From: Phallusia mammillata
Taxonomy: Eukaryota
Length of the DNA stretch: 64,000 nt
NCBI GenBank assembly: GCA_965637545.1
Contig: OZ281500.1
Span: 5,580,001 to 5,644,000 of the forward strand
Reading direction: 5' to 3'
Below the pieces are notes generated by a model that saw only the letters and a program-made list of their open reading frames with translations, did no database searches and was not told where the DNA came from. The first letter of the stretch is position 1; every line of letters starts with the position of its first letter. This document shows, piece after piece, positions 48,001-59,895 of the stretch. The translations under genes and the position numbers were made by a program.

Positions 48001-51000
48001 AACACCATCTCAATGATAAACAACTTACGTGGCTGAATGTTGCTGTTCTTTTGATCGGCACGCATGTTTTGAGTTGCGGGTAAGACTGCGTTCGGTCGTG
48101 GACGGGCAGGCCCATGGTTGTGCGCAACAACATAACAGGAAGACCAGTTCCCTTAACGTGACTTTAACACCATATGCTACAAAACCTGCCTAGTGGCTGC
48201 TAGAAAAGCAGATTTAATGCGCACCAATGCACTAATATTAAACTTACGTATATGGTTACAACCTGTGCCTTTTTTACGCTTTAACGCAATATTGTGTAGT
48301 TTGTATTAGAAAGTTGTAAAGGTCTATTAAGGAGGTCGGTGAACTTGTTCAATTCAAAACAGTCACTTGCGGAAACTACAAACATCGCGAAACGCAAAAT
48401 ACGAAACAATAAACAATCCAAGTTATGCATTAAAAAAATACAGTTCAAAACTACACCGCACATTTAATGACAGCCATCAATAAAACAATAAGCGGTAACA
48501 ACCTCACATTTATTTGCAATATTACTATTCAGCAAAAATTGCCATGAAAACGGTTTCACCATATGTGGTCTGTTACCTATTGCGCTTTAACGCTGCACAA
48601 AAACTACTAAAGCTGCTGGCATAAAACCGTACTAAACATGTTCTCAAACACATTCGTCTGACTGAACATAACACGGAATTGATGACTGTACAACACTTCC
48701 GCACTGAAGCAGCAACCTCAGAAGTAAACCTAGCCTGACTTCAATCGACCGACAAAACGTACACGCAACTTCCAATGGAAAAGTCATCGCCTAACGTATG
48801 CTGCTAACTTTACCAACCCATTGGTGATTAGCTATCGATTCGTTGCACTAAACGCACCACCCTTACCGCCGGCAGGCTATTACGGTGGGCAGTAATTGCA
48901 AAGCGGTCTTTTTACCCAGCCTAATATCACAAAGTAATGAATCACCAACACGATAAACGCTGCAAAGAATTAAATGTTTCGGAAAAATGGTTTGTTGCAA
49001 GTTATCAACGAGTTAACTACTGTAGAAAAGCGACGTTTACAGAACTTGCTTGACAATAAAGTATTTGGTTTAAACGTTTGCATTAAGGCTATTATACACC
49101 CAGTTGTCAAAATTACATTTAGACGAATATGGTTGTTGAAAAGTAGTGGTTTTTTTTCAGTTCATCTTTTTGTCACAAGCAAACATTGTCAGAAAACAAA
49201 CTAAATCAAGTTCAATGATTCAAAACAACGAAGAACGCAAAACCGAGATTTACAACTATTCTGCTTCATGCCAATACACAAAACATTTCAACCTAATCAG
49301 TGAAAAAACAAATTCAGCAAAAGTGAGATTTGCTGCTGACGTAGGCGCATTCCAAATAAGGCATTATCATAAGTAGTAATTGTCGGAACCGAACATGCGT
49401 AATACCTGCACGCCTTAGCACTGAAAAGCGCTTTTAAGTCACCCGTCAAACTGATTTGACTTTCTTATGTCTAAACTAGCGATTCCCCACTGTATTAACC
49501 TGACAAGCATTTTAGGAAACGTCATTTACAACAAGTGAGATATGCAATAACGTTTGAAATTCTTGATGAAAAGGCTTCTTAACATTTAGAAGCTCGAACT
49601 CATTTATCGAGTTCAGTTGATATATAAGACCGCGAGATCAAAACTACAATTTGGTATACTGATTGATGCCCGGATTGCGGCATGAGCCAGGTCGGTTCTC
49701 GCACGTATCTGTGGGTTTACGATGCTCGTGGATTTGCCCATATACACCTGTCTTTTCCATTGCCCTTTCAAATGTCAAAGGTCGTACATTCTTTCTCAGA
49801 CGTTTTTGCCTATGTGGGTTATCTTGTGTTAAAACTAACTGAACACCCATCGCTTACCAGGAGAAAAAAAATGAACATGTGCTGTTTTGAAACGTTTTAT
49901 TCTACACAATAAAACGCTAAACATCTTTTTAGCAGGACTAATTTAGAAGTACTATTTTTAAGTGCTAGTTGAGTTTGAATTTACTTATCAATCGTTTAAA
50001 ATCTTTAAAGGCGCGACTCATACAGTAGTGGCTATAGTCCAGCACCGTTCAGCCTAAATAACCTGAACACAGAATATCATGGATGCGTGTAACACCGGTC
50101 CAACGCCCGCCACCGAACTGACACTGTTAAGTTTATCCATTTCGCTCATATCTCCTGCCGAAATTGCTTCTTTTTCAACCTAAAACATTCAACAACAAAG
50201 TTGTTCAAAAACTGGGGTCACTGAAGCTTTCTACATGAAACGTCTACTGGACTCAAACCTTTGTTTCTAACTTCACAATCTAGCTGATCCGACTAAGCTA
50301 AGATTTGTTTGAACATCTGAAGATGTTACACGCGGTGGGTAACGACAAAACATACTGAGCCAACTCCTAATTAAGCATAGCACGCTGCCGAGGCGACTAG
50401 CAATTACTCGACGGTCATATCCGCCTTTTTGTCGAGCCCAGTGCTGGAGAGCTCATAGTTAGAACGCCGCGGGCGGAAATACCTCGCCATAGCTTGACTG
50501 TAATGTCGTAATTTGATAGGTTTAGGTCCGTGTGCGGCGAAACATTAATAAACTAGAAGGGTGGCTCAGCACATATTGGCCTTGCATATACACTATAACC
50601 TATTTTTAACATAAATATATTTCCTATGCTTATTTTGTATTGGGTCCCATATTAGCCATCGTCTTTTATAACTTTAGTCGTTTCTGCAGGCAAAAACTCA
50701 TGGGTCCCCACACATGCAAAGTTGAAAATAATGCAATTCAAGAGATAACCATGAGAAAGTCGGGTGTTGTGAGGTAAAACACAGTGATCGGCACTGGGCT
50801 TAAATAATAATACTATGTAGAATACAAACTATAAAATTAGATTCACCCCAGATATTGTTTGAAGTATGTCCTATTTAACGTTTTAAAAAACTGACCCATT
50901 TTAGGGGGCTAGTAGGGCAACTAATTGGGTTCGACACACAAACTAAAAAATATATAAAAACTGCAATGACTCAATCAATAGTACTGCAAAATTTCAACCT

Positions 51001-54000
51001 AATCCGACAATGTTTAAAATTTCGACCACTAGAGGTGTTTTGAGCAACAACCGTGTTAGACCTACAGGGTTGAACACAACAATCGACACCTATAAATGGC
51101 ATACTATACAAGAAATCCAAATTTCAGCCAATTCTGACACTGTTTAAAAACTCACCCATTTTAGGGGGCTAGCGGAGTAAATACTGGGGTTATCAACAAA
51201 AACAAAGTGGGATGCACATCTACATGAATATATCTACCATCTGTGTAAATTTCAGCCAAATCCATCAAACATTTAATCGAAAAACGAGTCGGACAAACTT
51301 TGGGAAGAAAAAAACAAGTAAGAAAAACAAAAAAACAATTCGAGTAAAATCAATATGTGTCCCCTTCAGGGAAGGGGACCCATAATTACCGACTATGGAT
51401 ATGAAATAAGTCTGTGCAAAGCAGTTGATGTTGAAATCGGTATTCTTGTGGTATTTGAGCTCAGGTATAGATGTTATTTGCTTAAACTTGCTTTTTGAAT
51501 CGTTTTGTACTTGGTAGGCACGTGTCAGAGCACTTTTTTCACACTTACCTCCGAAATCATGACAAGGGCCTTGGTCAGCAGTATCGACGAATTAATCGCT
51601 TTCCGGTACCAAACATCAGCCAGCTTTAAGGCGTTATAAGAAGTGCGATATGCGAATTGATTATGCAGTTATTTTTACTTGGTACTGTTACAAGTTGTAC
51701 AGTGGCTTGGTCTACACTGACAATGTCTGGAATTGGATTTAAAACTGCACTTTTAACCTTATTCGTTGCCATGGTTGGTTACCCGACAAAAATGCTAAAT
51801 GTATTTTTTTTCTTTTAGCTTAAGTCTGTTTAAATTGGATGCTTGCCGGTTTACGGCAAATGTCTCATAACACCTGCTCTAAAACCTTGTTTGATATTTT
51901 GATGTACCTAAAATTCCAGACTGCTTGCAAATCCTTCACTTTTGTTGCATATACCGCAGCAAAATCCTGCAACAGTATATACAGCAAGGTCGACAGCAAG
52001 TGAGCTCAAAATAGCTTGGGTTTACAAACCAAACACAGCACTGCGATAAATATCGAGCATACGTTGCCTACCGCAAGGTTTGTTCACCAAACGAAACCAG
52101 TTGTATCACCTGGTACTACAAAAACGGAGGTATGCTTGCCACACGGAAATGTGGACTATATAATGGAGTTTGTGTGCTATTTTATGATAAAATTCTAGCA
52201 AATAAGGGTGAAAGTCGCGTGTACCCAAATGTCCAATGTAACGCGTGTTGTTTGATATTGACATGAAGTTAATAAAAAACAGGCCGTCCCTAACTAACAC
52301 TGCACAGTAAGTTGCATACTCCAAGTATGAATCCTGTTGATGTGTGGCCAGGATACGTTTCCGACGTTGTGTTTCAGCGCCACCATGCGGCAAAATGCTT
52401 TGGTAAAGCCAAATCAAACCTTCCCATTGTTTTTCGTTTCACAACAATATAGATTATGTTGGAAACATAAAGCCCATACACCTTTTGGACATTAACAATT
52501 GATCCAACAGAAGTGGTGTGATTTGCTTGTCGAAAATTGTATTGTTAAACAACTTCAGAAACTTTTGTATATTAGTTGCCGGCTGCCTACGCAACTAAAA
52601 TGACAAAATCAGGTCACAGACTTACTTCGAGGAACATCTTTGCTGCCACGAGTGTAGCTGTCCATAAGGAACTATCATCTGAAGTTTCGGCGCTAAACGA
52701 ATATTTCCTTCCTCCCTTTGTGAGAATATGAAAAATCTTGGGGTCGTTTTGCGGCACTTGTACGCGCAGAATCACTTCCAGCGGGATAATTCCTTTTGTC
52801 AATTCCGACTATATGAAAAAAAATCACAAAATGTTTTACATAGCCTACATCAGTAAATATGAAAGCAGAAACACGCCAGAATGGTAGTAAATCGGGCCAT
52901 ATGGTATTTTAATTTTAACAGTCAATTTTGACATCAAAGTATCGATTGGGGTTGAAATCAAGACTCTGGCAGTGACAACAGTAATGTTACAACGTTCATA
53001 TTTTCAGTCCATTTTAGCTTCGGCAATACGAAAAACTGAAATATTAAAACCCATGTTGATAGAAATGTTTAATTAATTACGGCTAAATTTGTGGATCAAA
53101 TTGAATCTGGTTTACCCGAGGTGTACCACAGTCAACTTAACTGGCATGTACCTTTTCGTTTTCGTAATAGGAAAGTTCATCACCATCAAACACAACCCAG
53201 CGCTTACGCGTTGGGGCTCGACCCTCATGCCTGCAAACGCACAAAAATGAATAAACATTGAAGCTAATCAGACATAAGTTATACATTGGGTTAATTCAAT
53301 ACCAGTGGTGAAAAATAAACACTATCCGTTACACTGAAACTGTCAAACAAGTCAAGTTGTTGCGTGAATATTTTCTTGGTCTTATAATGCAGATTATGAG
53401 GGACCAAATAAACGTAAAACGATATGCTTTTTTGAACAGATCCTTGTGTAACGTATCAAAGTTAAACCCCTAGAAGAAACAGCTGCTTATAATTTTATAA
53501 ACGACCATTCAATGACGACACTGGGCCCTACATTTTTGATAAGTTACTTTAAAATTACAGTAAACTTTGAGACGCGTTTTTTTAAGTTTTTAAACAACGA
53601 AACTGTTGAGCGTATTAGCCTATACGTCCCGTTTTTCGTTTATAGTTTGTCTATCTTGAAATACGTAGTTCCAAAGTTAAACCAGTCTTACAAACTGCAC
53701 GTCTTTTTGATATTTGCTCTAGCAGTATCTGCAACTACTTCTACAGTTTTGCTACTTCGCTAATTACAAATCAACATTACTAATATCTTAAACTTACCAC
53801 CCATGCTTGGTCAACCAGCCTCGCTTGGTTTTCTTGTGTGTCTGAAAGAAAAAAATAAGTCTGGACATTTCAAACATCTCACAACTATCACACAACGTCG
53901 AACTCTAACGTGTAGGACGGTCCAGCACAAGTGGTGTGTATATTTTAAGAAAAAGTGAGTTTCCGCTTAAAGGACAGGGAGTTCGGCTTAGTTTGGAACA

Positions 54001-57000
54001 AGTAATTACAGTTTCCACGAAAAGTTTTGGAATCCACTGTGTGCCCGTAAACAGGTGTTGGGTAAAACGTTATTAAAAAATAGACACGCAAAGTTATGTT
54101 GAGGGACCATTACATTTTTACGCTAGTAAATTTTTTCGTGTTGTCCTTAAATATGAAAAATTGACTGTACATTTTTTGTGCACTGCTAATGTTAAAAAAT
54201 TGTTAAAACGATCGTTTGTAAGCAAAGTTTGTGTGTAGAAAATGGTTGATTTTACCACAGTGAATATAATAGACCCTGAATGTGGGCTCAAGATTTGTTT
54301 ACCAAGCCTAATCTTTTGCGCTGGTATTGTGATTTCTGTACAGAATTAGCAAACTATTAATATGCACAACAGCACATGACAATCCACAATATGAGTCACT
54401 ACAAGGACGAGTTGTGTTTTGCTCGCATCATTTGAATACAAAGCGTTAACAATGGCCGTCTATGATTAACTCAGATAGACGCGGAAGTAAAAACTCCCTG
54501 CTTATGGCTTTACAACATGCTCTTCGACGCCTCATACTCCTGTGCATTAATGGAGTGACGTAGGTTATGACGTTAACGCGGCTGTTTTCTAGCGTTTAGA
54601 CGTAATGTAGCGCGTCATATCAATTGCTGTTTTCGGACCCTTATGACTTGCACACCCCAAATGCGTGATATTTTATAGCCACCAAAACAAATAGATCGAA
54701 AAGTACCATAGTTACACGTATCCTACGTTTGATTGAAGGCTGATGACTACTCTTGCAGGCATTTTGCTATATGCTTGTAACCCATTATAATTTCATAAAA
54801 GCAGTGCTTCTCGACACAATTAAAGATCAAAGCGAAGTGCTTCATCCCATAAAATTCTGTAAAAACCCCTCGACGCTTTAGTTTTTGTGTTTGATGCTTT
54901 TTCTTGGTTCATAAAATCGTCGTAGTAGAACACTGACTCACCAGGGGTGAAAGAAGGGCAGGGTCGGTCGATTTTGATTTTCCTTCCTGGATCTGCACGT
55001 CTATAAGATCAATGCTCATTTTCTTTTCATTGCTTGTGGTTCTCTGGCGCCTAAAAGCCGACAAGTCGCTCTCGGAGCCGTCAAGGGTATTGTCTTCGCC
55101 TGAGCTTTGGCGCTAAATGATGAAAGAAAATTCAGTATCGATGTAACATGAAAAACAAGCGGAGTTTGTTTAAGTATTAGTGGAAATGTCTTGTACTGGG
55201 CAAGTTTGTTGCTGTAAAACTTTGTTTCGGGTACCGCAGAGATCACTGTGTATTATAGGAAGTTTGTGATAAGGAATTTATCAAAATACAGAGAAATTCT
55301 AATTTAGTACGAAACTGTTGATTGTGCTGCACCAAACGTTTTCGCATTATTTAATATATTCGAAGATACTGATGCAATAAATTGTTTTGTCGATCTCCAG
55401 TTGGTTGGCGTTAAGATAAACTAGTTGGTTCATGATAACCTGCTGTATCATGGGGGCACCACTCACTCACATTTTGACTAAACTTGAACGAATCCACAAA
55501 TGCTGACAAAGGTCTTGTTTTCATCTTTTTCGGGAACTTAAGGTGTCTTCTTTTTACCGAAGTCGTGGTGTCAGTCTTGTTTGAACGAAAACTGTGACCT
55601 CCTTCGTCAATCGACTGATACACTCCTTCAGGGTCATCCATGTTGTCTCCGCTGACATCTCCTAAAAGATCATCTTCTGATCCCTCTGATAGGTCAGTGC
55701 TCTTCTGTTGAATCAGCTTCTTTCTTCTGAGCGGGGATCGTCGTAGGTTGAGGACTGATGCAGGGAGAGATCCCGAAGATCTGGGAAGCATAGCGTCTTG
55801 ATTTCTCCGACGTCGAGTCTTGGTCAAGACGTCATCGCATTCGGCATATACGTTGAGGTCTGATTCTTCAGTATCGTCCACCACCGGACCATCATCTATA
55901 CAAATCAACACAAAACTGATTAGTGCTGACTTTAGTGAATTTAATGCTTTTTGGAGTATCAATTTCGTTGTTTGTTTGTTTGTTTTATTGGGGGACTTGG
56001 TTAAACGACATGGTATATTTATAGGATACGGTCGGGCATCAAGTACAAATAAAAAACAACCCTGTTTAAGTATCGCAGATTAAATTATGGTAGAGAACGG
56101 CTAAATACCAAGAGTGCCTAAACAACTTTTACAATCTGATAAACATAATTTTAACAACAAAACCAAACTGTTATCTACGTGTGTTTGTTAGTAACCGTTT
56201 TTTTAGTGATTTTTTTCAAACAGTTGGCAAATAAAACAGAATCTGTACCTTCAGCTATTTCATAAATATCGACAAAATCAGATCTTCCAGAATTTCGTGG
56301 ACATCGGTCCACATCCGACGCTATCCCCTTTAATTCACTGTCATCTGATATTTCTTTCTTTCTCTGAAGCTCATTTTCTTGTTCGACTTTGAGAGGACTA
56401 GATGATGTTGAGCTCCTCTTTTCTGCCTCAAGGTCTAGTGAAAGATTTAACTGTTCATAGGTAGGTGCTCGATTGTACCGAATGAAGTCCACGTTTAAGG
56501 ATGTTTTATCATAAGGCGCGGAGACGGGATCCTGTGCCTCTTTGGTGGGTATAGGACTACAACGCTTTGGGGTTCCGTTTGTGTTGTGTGCGATGTGTAG
56601 GCGGTCGTATTCGCTTTCATCGTGCACAGCGGGCGGCGAAGGAAAAGACCCATCGTCCCCACTCATCCAACCGGGAGGTGGGGGTGATGGCAGGGGCATC
56701 AGAGAGACCCCGCCCGGACCAGTCCCTGGTCCGTCAATATCTGGGATCCTCGTAGTCAAGATGTTGGTTGGATTATGCGTTGGAGTAACACGTAAATCCG
56801 GTACGCTAATTTGGGAAAAGTCTTCCTCCTCATCAGAACTGCTTTGTGGGGAGCCTGTTTTCGGAGATTCACGTAGAACCTTAAAAACCGCTTCACTTAT
56901 ACTAGTTGGCGATTTTGATTGGATAGGGGCGGACTCATTCAAATGGTTATAAACATCTTGGTCGTCGGGTATAGAGATTCGTAACCTGTCCGGCGATCTT

Positions 57001-57772
57001 GGGGGCTTCTTAGGTGGTCCTGGCGTAGACAAAGGGGAAGGCATAAGCTGTGATTCTTGGTAGATTGCGTGGTTTGCGTTTTCAATGGCAATCACGTCTT
57101 CATCAATAGAATAAATTTCTTCCGGCTCATATTCTTCAACATTCGAAACAGCAGGAGTTTCAGTTACTTCAACGGGGGTGGCCGATTGTGCAACGCGGTT
57201 TCGTGGAGGTTTTGTCACAGTGCATCCAGGAAGTTTGCTTAGAATTCTTCGATAGTGGCCTAAAAACATTTTGTATTAACATTCAACGTATCTGAAAAAA
57301 TCGAATTGGACATCGACGATCTGCACTACTGAGTAAAGATTCTGGTACAAACATGACTTTAACTTGGTAAACGAAAATAAATCAAATGACATGTCTGTTC
57401 TTATCTTGCATACGAACTCTTTAGTAAAATTAGTCATAAAAAAATCTTGTTATAGTCCAAACTAACACTGGACTATATCAGTGAGCACTCGAGGAGTAAA
57501 GTCGGTACATTTTGGCTGCAAATCGTGATAAAACGTTGCCTAAAGGCTCTTATTTTCAACATAACAAAGCTGCAGCTGAGCATTTTATCAAACAAAACAC
57601 TACCTGGAAGAGAAACGCCCATTTCCTTGAGATCATCCTCCGTCAACCCTTTGCAATCTTCCACAGTAAAGTAACCGTTGGCTATGAAAATATGTGAGTA
57701 TTTGTCTGCGAGTTTTAATCGTTCTAGAAAAGCTTCTACCCCCTCATTGGCAATATCATCATTGCTCGCCAT
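33062..57772 (-). CDS. ARAP: ArfGAP with RhoGAP domain, ankyrin repeat and PH domains (single ARAP1/2/3-like gene), about 1,890 aa, 35 exons
   Basis: Phase-consistent exons: 57772-57604, 57259-56249, 55895-55471, 55112-54942, 53841-53798, 53230-53152, 52808-52626, 46290-46121, 45516-45439, 44529-44445, 43991-43791, 43484-43396, 43160-43067, 42986-42881, 42778-42738, 42623-42591, 42458-42284, 42033-41889, 41675-41468, 40775-40670, 40515-40428, 40207-40044, 39808-39596, 39403-39298, 38390-38219, 38060-37977, 37897-37823, 37658-37434, 37105-36977, 35344-35256, 35063-34958, 34741-34656, 34472-34310, 34031-33918, 33313-33062 (5,679 nt). Domains in order: SAM (…MGVSLPGHYRRIL), PH1, PH2, ArfGAP (CADC-x16-CKHCAGVHR), ankyrin, PH3, PH4, RhoGAP (GIYRLSG; NLAIVFGPTL), RA (AERPLHYSEHVL), PH5. 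Confidence 0.95.
36222..36536. mobile_element. hAT (Buster-type) MITE, 315 bp, in an ARAP intron
   Basis: TIRs CAGGGGTGTCCAAA / TTTGGACACCCCTG; TSD GCCTACTA / GCCTACTG (7/8). Confidence 0.9.
38474..39196. mobile_element. hAT (Buster-type) non-autonomous element, 723 bp, in an ARAP intron
   Basis: TIRs CAGTGTTTTTCAACC / GGTTGAAAATCACTG; perfect TSD CTTTAAAG (38466-38473, 39197-39204); subterminal CGGAACAC repeats; no transposase ORF. Confidence 0.92.
46822..46851 (-). CDS. Candidate alternative first coding exon of ARAP (MTLAASNCCQ)
   Basis: GCAACC-ATG context, 30 nt, ends CAG|GTATGT in phase 0, matching the phase-0 acceptor of the PH2 exon at 46290. Confidence 0.45.
48029..48115 (-). CDS. 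Candidate alternative first coding exon of ARAP (MGLPVHDRTQSYPQLKTCVPIKRTATFSH)
   Basis: ACAACC-ATGG context, 87 nt open, ends CAC|GTAAGT in phase 0. Confidence 0.5.
50551..51386 (+). mobile_element. Helentron-associated non-autonomous element (HINE/DINE-1-like), about 835 bp
   Basis: Subterminal inverted repeats CACATATTG (50570-50578) / CAATATGTG (51351-51359), immediately followed by a 3' hairpin GTCCCCTT-caggg-AAGGGGAC (51359-51379). Internal duplicated blocks (ACCCATTTTAGGGGGCTAG twice; AAATTTCA[A/G]CC repeats). No TSD. Ends approximate. Confidence 0.55.
51549..51772 (-). CDS. Candidate alternative ARAP N-terminus, two exons (51772-51692 and 51623-51549)
   Basis: CCAACC-ATGG with an in-frame stop just upstream; MATNKVKSAVLNPIPDIVSVDQATVQL | 68-nt GT-AG intron | LADVWYRKAINSSILLTKALVMISE ending GAG|GTAAGT. 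All junctions are phase 0. Confidence 0.45.
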
Positions 57773-59493
57773 TTCGGGGAGAATTCACTTGGTTTTGGTG
57801 ATGAAGGTCTTTGAATAATCCAACGTACGGTAATCACATTTCGAAAACATGTATATTCGGTCTTAGGTTATGTCAACTTAGTTCTCTGCAATAAAGGTAA
57901 CTTTGAAGTATGTTCTTATTGCCGACAAACACATCCAGTGATCATTCAATAATATTAGAATGGTAAAACACACAAAACAAAATATAAGCCTATTCTGAAG
58001 AGCATAACGCTCATTTAGCATTAATTTCCTTTCGCTTCGGTTCTTATCGTTGAAAGTTCTTTTAGGTACAATGCATACTGCGAGGGCCATAAATTATAAC
58101 AGTCAAATGTATTTTCGTCAAATACAACAACAGGAAACGTGGGTGGCACAAGCGGTTGACTGACATTTGAATCTGGAGTTTTTAAGTGCGGTTGTCAGAA
58201 ATCCAACCCTCGTCCTGGTCCAAAAATGCCACTGGTATAACACGATCGAATCATTGTTCTCTGAAAATGATGTGTTTAAACTATAACGATCAATCACACA
58301 CACACACAGAAAGGCCAACCATCAAAATTTTCTTTCCAAAACACCAGTAATTTGAGATAAATTGAGGCTTTTAAACACTCACATTAGTAATGTCCATCAA
58401 TAAACCATAAAGAACATGTAGCCTACCAAAGTCCAACAAATGTTAAAAATTTACATGGTGCTACAGAAACGTATCTATTGTACTGAGATCGAAACCTTAC
58501 AAATTAATAAGCGGTACGAACATTTTCAATTTCTGCTTAGTTCTCAACTGCTTCATCAGCCATTTCTCAGCTACATCGCATGTGATGGTGCGTTTGCTGG
58601 TAAGCTGTCGCAGCTATGCGGAAATAAGGCAGTATGACGTAAGAAACATTGCCACAATGCTGTATTATTCAACACACGAACGCTCTTAGAAAATATCTTC
58701 CAAAACTGTTACACAATAGAACGTTAATACCCCAATGCTATCCAACATCGTCCGCCAACAACTTGGCTGTGATAGATAGTCTGAAAATCCTCACATAAAC
58801 ATACATGCTACACAAATGCAACATGCTTTTAAATAGAGCCAATAAATGTAGAAATAAACTAAATGTTTTAGTCCGTTTTCAACTGGAAGGCTAAAATGTA
58901 GACTCAACACAATTGTAACAAACAAGTTGGCAACCAAGGGTACGGTAGAGATAAGACATTTGGATTGACGAAAAAACGTTTCAAACAGTGTATAGGTTTA
59001 GTATCTACGACAAACAGTTCCAAATCGAAGATGGAACGATTGAAGTGATAACCTAACAAGCACTTGGTTTGGTTTCATTTTCGTACAATGCAGGTTACTG
59101 GTGGAATATACGTTATGTCGGCGTCACAGTTCATAGTAGCAACACAAGAAAACATCATAGTAAACAAGAAACTTTTCAACCCAGTTATTATCTCTACCAA
59201 ATTAAATAACGGAAGGTTGTGGTGGTCAATTTGCCTGCGTACAAATTAAGCCAACGCTGTGACCTACAACGAATTTAATGTTTCTTTGTTACTTCTATTA
59301 CGTATCCCACAAGATACACATATCAATGTGCAAAAGCGGTTTATTAAGCGACAATCTTTGTTTTCTTGCGTCTTGTATTAGCCAATGGAGTCAGATTGCT
59401 GGGCTAATACAGAATTATTACACGAAAACATATTCTGTCATTCCTTGAAATGGAGACTCATTTTGATCGCTTCGCCTACCTATTCGACTAAAC

Positions 59494-59895
59494 CAGCGGT
59501 TCCCAAAATTTTTCATATTTTTTTCAAAACGGTCCCTTTGCCATTATTTTGAGGGCTCGCGGTCCTTGAGCCTAAATATGTATTTCATAAAAACGACTGT
59601 TGATTTCAGGATTTTAGCTAGTTATGCAAAATTGCGCATAAAAGTCATCCAAACACAGCTTGTGACATCACAGACAAGACAAATGCACTACAATTGTGCG
59701 CGAACAATTACATTTTTGTTAGTTGTCATTCAATAAAGGCTATTGTTAAGCAATGAAGACAGTTGATTCTCAATTCTACTTTGATTTAAACGTATTTAGT
59801 GGCACAAACTGACGCCAAATAAGATTATAGAATTACTTCAACCGCTTCGCGGTCCCCCCAAAATGGCCTCACGGACCCCTGTTTGGGAACCGCTG
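59494..59895. mobile_element. hAT (Buster-type) MITE, 402 bp
   Basis: TIRs CAGCGGTTCCCAAA / TTTGGGAACCGCTG; perfect TSD GACTAAAC (59486-59493, 59896-59903). Confidence 0.92.

Noticed and set aside
47958-52395. Exact 15-bp match CACCATGCGGCAAAA at 47958 and 52381
   Set aside because: A single 15-mer match in a 64-kb AT-rich window is compatible with chance; the flanks do not align.
52106-52417. 103-aa ORF in ARAP intron 7
   Set aside because: No ATG start or phase-compatible acceptor/donor pair; no domain similarity.
56542-56952. 136-aa plus-strand ORF
   Set aside because: Antisense shadow of the large Pro-rich ARAP exon 2.
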